Source of the DNA: Candidatus Levyibacteriota bacterium
GTDB taxonomy: Bacteria > Patescibacteriota > Microgenomatia > Levybacterales > UBA12049
Direction of reading: 5' to 3'
Assembly: GCA_016199085.1 (NCBI GenBank)
Contig: JACQHJ010000001.1
Coordinates: 3,334-67,333, forward strand
DNA length: 64,000 nucleotides
Position numbers and translations under genes: made by a program. Position 1 is the stretch's first letter. Every line of letters starts with the position of its first letter. The notes below the pieces were generated by a model. The model was given only the letters and a program-made list of their open reading frames with translations, had not been told where the DNA came from and searched no databases. This document shows positions 20,767 through 28,221 of this stretch, in pieces.

Positions 20767-21204
20767 ATGAAAAACAATATTAGCATATCAATAAGAAATG
20801 CCGCAGTTTCGACTATTATCCTTTTGCTAATTTATATCTCGATTGTTTCATTTGTAAGCGGATGGGATTTTACCAAAGACCAATTTTCAAGATATTGGTA
20901 TTTTATCATAACGCTTGCGATAGGATTTGGCACTCAAGTTGGTTTTTACACCTATCTTAAAAATGCAATCAAACAAAATGCTTCGCCAAGGGTTTTGGCT
21001 GTTTCAGGGACAACCTCAACAGCGGCTATGATTTCATGCTGCGCCCATTATCTTGTAAATCTTTTGCCAATCTTAGGAGCAGTAGGTATTATTACTGTTA
21101 TTTCTCAATATCAAATTCAACTCTTCTGGGTAGGAATTGCTTTTAATTTTTTAGGAATAGCTTATATGGCAAATAAAGTTTACAAATTTTCAAAAGTAAT
21201 ATGA
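20767..21204 (+). CDS. small polytopic membrane protein with intramembrane CC motif
   Basis: 4 predicted TM helices with MISCCAHYL in TM3. Confidence 0.5.
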   Translation: MKNNISISIRNAAVSTIILLLIYISIVSFVSGWDFTKDQFSRYWYFIITLAIGFGTQVGFYTYLKNAIKQNASPRVLAVSGTTSTAAMISCCAHYLVNLLPILGAVGIITVISQYQIQLFWVGIAFNFLGIAYMANKVYKFSKVI

Positions 21205-21650
21205 GAAATAAATTAATTTTACTTTCGGTCTTAATAATAAGTTTAGCAATTCTTGCTTTTGTTATTTTGAAATTGCCAAGTCAAAACACCCAAACCCAAA
21301 TCCAACCAAAAAGTAAAACAAGTGTTTTATACGAATCAAAAACAGATGAAAAGGGATCAGTAGTAGTAGAGGTCAAGCCGCTTTCGTTAATACCAAAAGA
21401 CAATGTTTCATTTAATCTTACGTTTACGACCCATTCGGGTGATCTTAGCTATGATATTGCTGCTATTGCAAAACTTCAAGACGATAAGGGAAATACATCT
21501 AAAGCCCTATCCTGGACTGGAGGGAAAGGCGGACATCATCTATCGGGTATCCTTACATTCCCTAAACTATCAGAAGATGCTTGGGCTGTGACATTAACAA
21601 TTTCGGGAATTGATAATCAGGATAGGATTTTTGAATGGGAATTAAACTAA
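21201..21650 (+). CDS. hypothetical secreted beta-rich protein
   Basis: Signal anchor followed by a domain with an Ig-like composition (GGKGGHH). Overlaps its neighbours by 4 nt. Confidence 0.45.
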   Translation: MRNKLILLSVLIISLAILAFVILKLPSQNTQTQIQPKSKTSVLYESKTDEKGSVVVEVKPLSLIPKDNVSFNLTFTTHSGDLSYDIAAIAKLQDDKGNTSKALSWTGGKGGHHLSGILTFPKLSEDAWAVTLTISGIDNQDRIFEWELN

Positions 21651-21654
21651 GTAT

Positions 21655-21975
21655 ATGAAAAATAATTTAGTGGCCTGGGTTATAGGAGCGTTGGTTGTCG
21701 GAGGATTTTTTGGATTTTTAATCGGACAAAACAATCAGACATTTGAAAGAGACAGCATGAATGAAGCCGCCTCAATGATGAAAGATAACGGTTCTTACAT
21801 GATGCAGATGGGAAAAATGATGAGGGAAAACGGAATGATGATGCAAAATATGGGAACACAAATGGGAGATCAGGATTTTTCCCAAAAAGGTAAAGAATTG
21901 GAAGATAATGGAGGAATGATGGAGGAAAGAGGTTCCCAAATGAACGATCGCGGTAATGGAATGATGAACTATTAA
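21655..21975 (+). CDS. methionine-rich small membrane-anchored protein (putative Cu(I)-binding, Met-motif)
   Basis: After the TM anchor, 25 of about 80 residues are Met, in MxxM/MMxxM arrays (SYMMQMGKMMRENGMMMQNMGTQMG...GGMMEERGSQMNDRGNGMMNY). Confidence 0.6.
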   Translation: MKNNLVAWVIGALVVGGFFGFLIGQNNQTFERDSMNEAASMMKDNGSYMMQMGKMMRENGMMMQNMGTQMGDQDFSQKGKELEDNGGMMEERGSQMNDRGNGMMNY

Positions 21976-21983
21976 AAAAGGAG

Positions 21984-22256
21984 GTGAGAATAATGTTAAA
22001 ACCAATAGCATTAGCAAATGCGTCTGCAGTTGTTGCACTAGGCATTTATGTTTTGTGCTGGATTTTGGCGCTTGTTGCTCCTGACTTTCTTTTCGTTGTT
22101 GCCAAAAGCTGGTTTCATGCATTTAACATTGACAGCGCGCAGACTGCAGCTTCGCTAAACATTGTGGAATTGGCCTTAGGAGCAGTAGCGCTATCTGTAT
22201 TAGTCTGGGTAACTTTCTACGCCGGGGCTGTTTTGTACAATAAATGGGCAGAATAG
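21984..22256 (+). CDS. small two-TM membrane protein
   Basis: Strong SD (AAAGGAGGTGAG) 8 nt upstream. 90 aa, hydrophobic. Confidence 0.5.
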   Translation: MRIMLKPIALANASAVVALGIYVLCWILALVAPDFLFVVAKSWFHAFNIDSAQTAASLNIVELALGAVALSVLVWVTFYAGAVLYNKWAE

Positions 22257-22455
22257 ATCCTAGCGTTACCGATTAAGTTTTTACAGAGTGGTAATTATAG
22301 TATTTGGCGGGTTATATTTTTATGGAGGAAAATATTCAGCTACGGAGATTATACTTAAAACAAGTGCGTCGGGGGGATACCAGGGAGACGTAGTGATGGC
22401 AGGAATTGCTAACCCAAAAAAATACAAGGAGATAATCAGTAAATATTTCTAGTGA

Positions 22456-22484
22456 TTGACAAATATAAGAAGTCTTGCTAATAT
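22456..22484 (+). promoter_or_regulatory. sigma70 promoter TTGACA-N17-TGcTAATAT driving csoR
   Basis: Consensus -35 hexamer, 17-nt spacer and extended -10, read directly from the sequence. Confidence 0.6.
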
Positions 22485-22503
22485 ATCCCCTATAGGGGGA
22501 TAT
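22483..22503 (+). promoter_or_regulatory. CsoR-type operator: ATATCCCCTATAGGGGGATAT (C-tract/G-tract pseudo-palindrome)
   Basis: Overlaps the -10 element and +1, and lies 19 nt upstream of csoR. It has the same architecture as known CsoR operators (TACCC...GGGTA type). Confidence 0.65.
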
Positions 22504-22521
22504 CTGTAAAGAAAGAAAAAT

Positions 22522-22791
22522 ATGGCATATAGACCAAAAGATACTCAGGAAAGAATCATACACCGCCTTAAAATTGCCAGAGGACAACTGGACGCTGTTA
22601 TAAAAATGGTAGTAGAAGATAAATACTGCATTGATGTAATTCATCAATCCAAAGCTGTTCAGGAGGCATTGAAGCAAATAGACAACATAATGCTTGAAAA
22701 CCATTTACAAACCTGCGTTGGTGATTCTTTCAAAAGTGGTAATCAGAAAAAAGCAACAGAAGAGCTAATGCGGGTTTTTCGCAAAAACTAA
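22522..22791 (+). CDS. csoR: CsoR/RcnR-family copper-sensing repressor
   Basis: 89 aa. RIARGQLDAVIKMVVEDKYCIDVIHQSKAVQEAL...LQTC is the CsoR four-helix-bundle signature with Cys-His-Cys ligands. Confidence 0.85.
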   Translation: MAYRPKDTQERIIHRLKIARGQLDAVIKMVVEDKYCIDVIHQSKAVQEALKQIDNIMLENHLQTCVGDSFKSGNQKKATEELMRVFRKN

Positions 22792-22797
22792 ACAGAT

Positions 22798-23016
22798 ATG
22801 GATTTTACCTATGCCTATTTAATTGCCAGTATTTTACTATTATTTGTTTGGCTTTTTCCAGGTTACGTTGAAGCAGTTTGGAATTTAAAGGCAATTTCAG
22901 GAATTCTGATTGTCGGAATTCCTATCGAAGAACTTTTATTTGCGGCCTCTCTTGGCGCAATGTGGAGCAGTATTTACGAACATTTTAGTTGGTATAAATT
23001 CTCAAAAAAATTATAA
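22798..23016 (+). CDS. small two-TM membrane protein
   Basis: 72-aa hydrophobic ORF located between csoR and the ATPase gene. Confidence 0.4.
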   Translation: MDFTYAYLIASILLLFVWLFPGYVEAVWNLKAISGILIVGIPIEELLFAASLGAMWSSIYEHFSWYKFSKKL

Positions 23017-23048
23017 AGATTTATATAACTTAGGATATGAATAAAAAT

Positions 23049-23171
23049 ATGACTACATATATTTGTCCAATGCATAAAGAAGTGCAATTAGATAAACCCG
23101 GTAGATGCCCAAAGTGTGGCATGAAATTAGTTGAAAAAGGAAAGGAGAAAAACAATGAATGCTGCTGCTAA
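23049..23171 (+). CDS. 40-aa stand-alone YHS/TRASH-type metal-binding mini-ORF ending in CCC (possibly a frameshifted first metal-binding domain of the ATPase)
   Basis: MTTYICPMHKEVQLDKPGRCPKCGMKLVEKGKEKNNECCC. It nearly duplicates the ATPase N-terminus (IVYSCPMHSEVRSDKPGTCPKCGMRL). Its 3' end overlaps the ATPase start in a different frame. Confidence 0.5.
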   Translation: MTTYICPMHKEVQLDKPGRCPKCGMKLVEKGKEKNNECCC

Positions 23172-25404
23172 AAATGGAAAAATAATAGTTTATTCTTGCC
23201 CGATGCATTCGGAAGTTCGCTCAGACAAGCCCGGAACCTGTCCAAAATGCGGTATGAGGCTTATTGAAACAAAAGTGGAGAAAGACCACAAAGATGGAAA
23301 TCAAACTATGAAACACGGAGAGCATGTAATGCAGCCTACTTCTGAAATGTCATTCTGGGATAAATTCAAAATGAGCATGACCATGAGTATGGGTATGGAG
23401 CATGGAGGGTTGGCTGGGAGGGAGATGGCAAAACTTATGGAAGAGGATATTCGCAATAAGTTTTTCTTTGCACTTTTTTTATCGTTTCCGATTATTCTCT
23501 ATTCTCCACTTGGAACCCAATTTCTAAAAATAAGTTTGCCGGAACTTATTCCAACACCCTGGCTTTTGTTTTTACTCACAACTCCTGTTTTTTTCTATTC
23601 CGGATGGATTTTTTTGTATTCAACCTACAAAGCATTACAGGCGAAAACCTTAAATATGGCAGTTCTTATTGCGGTCGGTATTACAGCAGCTTATGTCTTT
23701 AGTGTTGTTTTGACTCTTCTTGGAAGCTTAGACTCGTATTATGAGGCTGCAGCACTTCTTATTACTTTTGTTCTCTTTGGGCACTGGATGGAAATGAAAT
23801 CAAGAAGGGGGACAACAGATGCTCTGCAGGCGCTTTTTAATTTAGTACCCCCTCAGGCAAGAATACTTAGAAACGGGAGAGAAGAACTTATCCCAACTTC
23901 CCAGGTAAAGCTTGGAGATATTATTATTCTTAAACCAGGAGATAAAGTGCCGGTTGACGGGCAAATCTTAGATGGCGAAACAGCAATAGATGAGTCTTTG
24001 GTAACGGGAGAGTCACTCCCGGTTGCCAAGAAAAAAGGAGATAATGTAATTGGAGGCTCAATTAATACTTCCGGTTCAGTTAGATTTAAAGCAACAAAAG
24101 TCGGAGAGGATACTGCTCTTGCTCAGATTGTTAAAATGGTAGAAACAGCGCAAAGCTCAAAAGCTCCGGGACAGAAAATTGCAGACAGGTTTGCAAAATA
24201 TCTCGTAATTGTTGCAGTCGGAGGCGGACTGCTAACTTTCTCAATCTGGTTTTTTGTAATTGGTCAAACTTTAATGTTTGCCTTAACTTTTGCAATTTCT
24301 ACTGTAGTAATAGCCTGTCCTGATGCCTTGGGGCTTGCCACGCCCACTGCTGTTGCAGTTGGAACAGGACTTGGTGCAAAGCACAATATCCTTATTAAGG
24401 ATGCACCCACCCTTGAGCAAGCTTCAAAAATTCAAGCAATAGTTTTAGATAAAACTGGGACTTTGACCCAAGGCAAACCTACCATTACCGACATCGTTTC
24501 CGCAGAAGGATTTTCGGAAAACGAAATCATTGAACTTGACGCAGCAGCGGAAGCCAAATCTTCTCATCCATTAAGTCAGGCAATTTTGGAGGAAGCAAAG
24601 AAAAGAAAATTAACTATTCCAACTAAGGTTGAAGGTTTTAAAAATCTTGCAGGACATGGGGTTGAGGCGAAAGTTTTAGGAAAGCACGTTCTTGTTGGAA
24701 CCGTAAAGCTTATGAATGATAGGAGCGTAGATATAACATCTTTACAAAAAGAAATTGATAGATTACTAATGCAGGGAAAAACAATTATGGTTTTGGCGGT
24801 TGATGGGGAAATTGCCGGAATAGCGGCAGCCTTAGATCCAATAAAAGAAAATGCAAAAATCGCAGTTGAGCGTATGAAAGAGCTTGGACTGGAAGTTGCT
24901 ATGATTACGGGAGACAATAAAAAAACCGGAGAATCAATTGGAAGGGAGCTTGGAATAGATAGGGTTTTTGCTGAAGTACTCCCCGAAGATAAAGCAAAAT
25001 ATGTTAAAAAACTTCAGGATGAAGGTAAATTCGTTGCAATGGTTGGAGATGGAGTTAATGATGCTCCGGCTCTTGCACAGGCTGACATTGGAATTGCAAT
25101 TGGTGCAGGAACAGATGTGGCAATTGAGACTGCAAAAATAGTCCTTATGAAATCAGATCCTCTTGATATTTTAAGAGCAATTAAGCTTTCAAAAGCAACC
25201 GTTACAAAAATGAAACAAAATCTATTCTGGGCATCGATTTACAATTTACTGGCAATTCCGATTGCCGCAGGAGTTTTATATCCTAAATTTGGCCTAGAAC
25301 TTCGTCCTGAGTTTGCAGCACTTCTTATGAGTGTATCCTCAATTATAGTAGCAACAAATGCAGTGCTTTTGAATAGAGCTGAAAAAAACCTGATAACTAT
25401 TTAA
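23155..25404 (+). CDS. copA: P1B-type heavy-metal (Cu+) translocating ATPase with N-terminal YHS domain and Met-rich segment; TM6 motif is CPD rather than CPC
   Basis: DKTGTLT, GDGVNDAPAL, SSHPLSQAI (HP motif), TM7 YN (SIYNLL), TM8 MSVSS, a TGES actuator motif, and an N-terminal CPMH...CPKCGM. The TM6 region reads IACPDALGLATPTA. The start is assigned at the ATG at 23155, which has a GGAGA SD. The ORF track uses a TTG at 23131. Confidence 0.9.
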   Translation: MNAAAKNGKIIVYSCPMHSEVRSDKPGTCPKCGMRLIETKVEKDHKDGNQTMKHGEHVMQPTSEMSFWDKFKMSMTMSMGMEHGGLAGREMAKLMEEDIRNKFFFALFLSFPIILYSPLGTQFLKISLPELIPTPWLLFLLTTPVFFYSGWIFLYSTYKALQAKTLNMAVLIAVGITAAYVFSVVLTLLGSLDSYYEAAALLITFVLFGHWMEMKSRRGTTDALQALFNLVPPQARILRNGREELIPTSQVKLGDIIILKPGDKVPVDGQILDGETAIDESLVTGESLPVAKKKGDNVIGGSINTSGSVRFKATKVGEDTALAQIVKMVETAQSSKAPGQKIADRFAKYLVIVAVGGGLLTFSIWFFVIGQTLMFALTFAISTVVIACPDALGLATPTAVAVGTGLGAKHNILIKDAPTLEQASKIQAIVLDKTGTLTQGKPTITDIVSAEGFSENEIIELDAAAEAKSSHPLSQAILEEAKKRKLTIPTKVEGFKNLAGHGVEAKVLGKHVLVGTVKLMNDRSVDITSLQKEIDRLLMQGKTIMVLAVDGEIAGIAAALDPIKENAKIAVERMKELGLEVAMITGDNKKTGESIGRELGIDRVFAEVLPEDKAKYVKKLQDEGKFVAMVGDGVNDAPALAQADIGIAIGAGTDVAIETAKIVLMKSDPLDILRAIKLSKATVTKMKQNLFWASIYNLLAIPIAAGVLYPKFGLELRPEFAALLMSVSSIIVATNAVLLNRAEKNLITI

Positions 25405-25613
25405 AGCCTTAAATAAACTCTGATAGTTGATAAATGGTGTTATCTTGGAAGTATCAAGCATGAACCAGATGGCTTAAATGATTTAGTAAAAGAATATAGA
25501 TTTGATATAGATACTTATAAAATTTTAAGCATATACATTTTAAACCCAAATAATCAAAAAAACATAAACCTTCTTAATAAAAGTTAATTGTACGATTTTG
25601 CTATAATCTACCC

Positions 25614-26156
25614 ATGGCAATTATTAAAAAAGACGAAGTTTCCTTAAGAAGCTTTTCGGATAAAGATTTTGTCAAACTATTTCAGCTTATTGATAAAAAT
25701 AGAAACCATATTGGACAGTGGCTTTCTTGGGTTTCCAAAACACATTCGGAAAAAGATGTTAAAAAAACTCTTTTAGAATGGAAAGAAAAAGACAAAAGAC
25801 AGGAAACGTTACATCTTAAAATCTTTTACAACCAAAGCTTTGTCGGAGTGATAAGTTTTAATACAATCTCTAAAGAAAATAAAAAAGCAGAGATTGGCTA
25901 TTGGCTAGACAAGAATTACCAGGGAAAAGGTATTATGACTAAAGCCTGCAAGCTTTTAATAGAACACGGATTTAATAAATTAAAGCTGCATCGAATTGAA
26001 ATTTCCTGCGCAGACGGAAATAGCAAAAGCTGCGCAATTCCTCAAAGATTGGGTTTTAAAAAAGAAGGATATTTCAAACAGGCAGGTTTGATAAACGGCA
26101 AATTTTTTGATGTTAACTGGTTTGGATTAGTTGTTAATGATTGGAAAAAGATTTAA
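25614..26156 (+). CDS. GNAT-family N-acetyltransferase (RimJ/RimL-like)
   Basis: IGYWLDKNYQGKGIMTKACKLLIEHGF...LHRIE has the acetyl-CoA-binding motif A pattern. The mRNA is leaderless after TGCTATAAT. Confidence 0.8.
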   Translation: MAIIKKDEVSLRSFSDKDFVKLFQLIDKNRNHIGQWLSWVSKTHSEKDVKKTLLEWKEKDKRQETLHLKIFYNQSFVGVISFNTISKENKKAEIGYWLDKNYQGKGIMTKACKLLIEHGFNKLKLHRIEISCADGNSKSCAIPQRLGFKKEGYFKQAGLINGKFFDVNWFGLVVNDWKKI

Positions 26157-26261
26157 ATACTACCACGTACAAAAATCACAGATATTTCGTCTAAAAATAG
26201 CTATAATCTTCTCAAAATTATTACAAAGATTTTATTTTAATTTTAAGGCAGGTGAACCTAT

Positions 26262-26510
26262 ATGGCAAAAACAAGAAAAGAGGAAATTAAAATTGACGGG
26301 GAACATTTAGTCAAGAAAGTAAAAGAACTAATAAAGGAAGGAAATATCAGAAAAATCACCATCAAAGACAAAAGCGGAAAGGAACTGATAACCTTTCCTT
26401 TAACAATCGGAGTAGTCGGAACCATGATTGCACCAGTCCTTGCCGCAATTGGAGCATTGGCTGCTTTAATGGCGGAATGCACAATTTCTGTAGAAAGAGA
26501 GGAGGAGTAG
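26262..26510 (+). CDS. DUF4342-like small protein with C-terminal hydrophobic helix
   Basis: AKTRKEEIKIDGEHLVKKVKELIKEGNIRKITIKDKSGKELITFPL followed by a TM segment. SD is GGCAGGTGA. Confidence 0.6.
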   Translation: MAKTRKEEIKIDGEHLVKKVKELIKEGNIRKITIKDKSGKELITFPLTIGVVGTMIAPVLAAIGALAALMAECTISVEREEE

Positions 26511-26514
26511 ATTC

Positions 26515-26667
26515 ATGAAGATAAATGCTAAGTGGCATAAAGCAAATAAAATGCCCAAAAATCCTTCCACTGAGCAAAGAATTGTTTGGCATAAAGACCA
26601 TATTAAAAATTGCAGTTGCTTTCCCGTTCCTGCAAAGCTTAAAGAAGAAATGGAAAAACGAGGATAA
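26515..26667 (+). CDS. 50-aa conserved-looking small protein (WHK...MPKNPSTEQRIVWHKDHIKNCSCFPVPAKL)
   Basis: Strong SD GAGGAGGAG 7 nt upstream. His/Cys pattern HxxH...CxC. Falls below the ORF-track cutoff. Confidence 0.45.
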   Translation: MKINAKWHKANKMPKNPSTEQRIVWHKDHIKNCSCFPVPAKLKEEMEKRG

Positions 26668-26714
26668 GCTTTCTAGTTGCATTTAAAAATTTGTAGGCGT
26701 ACGATTATAAATAA

Positions 26715-27128
26715 ATGAGACTAAATTCAGTCTATACATACATAAAAGTACTTTCTCTTATTGGCATAGGTCTTGCAATCTATCTTCTTTATGAACAATT
26801 CACAAATTCCCCATTTAGCCCCTGCAATATAAGCGAGACAATAAATTGCGACCCGATAGTAAAAGGAGAACTGGCAAAAACCTTTGGCATTTCCACACCC
26901 CTTTTGGGGTTATTGGGCTATGTCTTTATTTTTATTTTTTCCTTTTTGCAAAAGAAAAAAGCACTATTTTCCGTTGCAACATTTGGCTTTCTGTTTTGTC
27001 TTTGGATAGGTTACCGGGAATTATTTGAATTTAAGACAATTTGTCCAATCTGTATTGCCTGCACAACGGTAATCACGCTTATTTTCATTCTCTCATTTTT
27101 GATAGTCAAAAAGACAGTAAAAAACTAA
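26715..27128 (+). CDS. vitamin K epoxide reductase (VKOR) family protein
   Basis: Loop cysteines (SPCNISETINCDP) and the TM4 active site CPIC (TICPICIACTT), with four to five TM helices. Length is 137 aa. Confidence 0.8.
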   Translation: MRLNSVYTYIKVLSLIGIGLAIYLLYEQFTNSPFSPCNISETINCDPIVKGELAKTFGISTPLLGLLGYVFIFIFSFLQKKKALFSVATFGFLFCLWIGYRELFEFKTICPICIACTTVITLIFILSFLIVKKTVKN

Positions 27129-27187
27129 TATATTATCCCCGCAATTTATAAAGAAAAAGCTCTAAAATGATATAATAAACACCCAAA

Positions 27188-28180
27188 ATGAACAAAATTC
27201 CAAGAATTGTAACCATCAGCGGAGGAACAGGTAGCTATGTTGCCTTAATGGGTCTTAAAAAGTATCCTGTTAAGTTAACAGCTATTGTCACAATGGCCGA
27301 TAGTGGTGGATCAAGTGGAAAACTTAGGGATGAGTTAGGAGTCCTTCCCCCCGGAGACATCAGACAGTGTCTCGTTGCTTTGGCAGAGTCACCAAGATTA
27401 CTTAGGGAAATGTTTAACTACAGATTTGAAGAGGGAGGATTAAGGGGACATAGTTTTGGCAATATTTTCCTATCGACTCTTGCAAAACAGACGGGCAGTA
27501 TGAAAAAAGCAATTGCAGAAGTTGGTAAAATCTTAAGAATTAAAGGAAACGTTGTTCCTTCTACTTTTACAAAAAGCGATTTATGTGTTGACCTTGAAGA
27601 TGGGACAAGAATTATCGGAGAGACACATATAGATGTAGTTGAGAAGAAAGAAAAAAGGGCAAAAATAATAAAAGCCTATCTTTCTCCAAAAGCACAAATT
27701 AATCAAGATGCAAAAAGGGCAATAGAGAATGCAGATTTTATTTTAATAGGGCCTGGAGATCTTTATACAAGTATAATTCCAAGTCTTTTGGTAGAAGGAC
27801 TTCCAAAGGCAATTAGGAGCTCAAAGGCAAAAAAAATATTTATCATGAATCTTATGACAAAATACGGCCAAACAACAAGGTACAGCGCAAAAGATCATTT
27901 AATTGATCTTGAGAAATATCTCGGTAAAAATGTTATTGAATATATTCTAATTAATTCAAAAATGCCAAGGCAACAAACACTTTCCTGGTATGAAGAGTAC
28001 GAGGAATATCCAGTAAAAGACGATTTGGATAGTAAGAAATACAACATCATCAGAAAGAGTCTAATAAAAGACGTTTTAGTTTCTCAAAAAAGCTCAGATG
28101 AGCTAAGAAGAAGCATTATAAGACACAACTCTGAAAAATTAGCTAAAGAAATTGTCAATATTGTTACTGATTTAATTTAA
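27188..28180 (+). CDS. YvcK/CofD-family gluconeogenesis factor (UPF0052)
   Basis: IVTISGGTGSYVALMGLK...TMADSGGSSGKLRDELGVLPPGDIRQCL. Confidence 0.85.
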   Translation: MNKIPRIVTISGGTGSYVALMGLKKYPVKLTAIVTMADSGGSSGKLRDELGVLPPGDIRQCLVALAESPRLLREMFNYRFEEGGLRGHSFGNIFLSTLAKQTGSMKKAIAEVGKILRIKGNVVPSTFTKSDLCVDLEDGTRIIGETHIDVVEKKEKRAKIIKAYLSPKAQINQDAKRAIENADFILIGPGDLYTSIIPSLLVEGLPKAIRSSKAKKIFIMNLMTKYGQTTRYSAKDHLIDLEKYLGKNVIEYILINSKMPRQQTLSWYEEYEEYPVKDDLDSKKYNIIRKSLIKDVLVSQKSSDELRRSIIRHNSEKLAKEIVNIVTDLI

Positions 28181-28221
28181 AACCTCTTTTAAAAACCTTA
28201 AAGATATATAATAATAGATGA

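Noticed and set aside
21680-22122. His-rich minus-strand ORFs (HHHSVFPHHFSHLHH) that look like metal-binding proteins
   Set aside because: They are antisense to the Met-rich gene. CAT (His) is the complement of ATG (Met), so the His runs mirror the Met arrays.
24576-24917. 113-aa minus-strand ORF
   Set aside because: It is antisense within copA.
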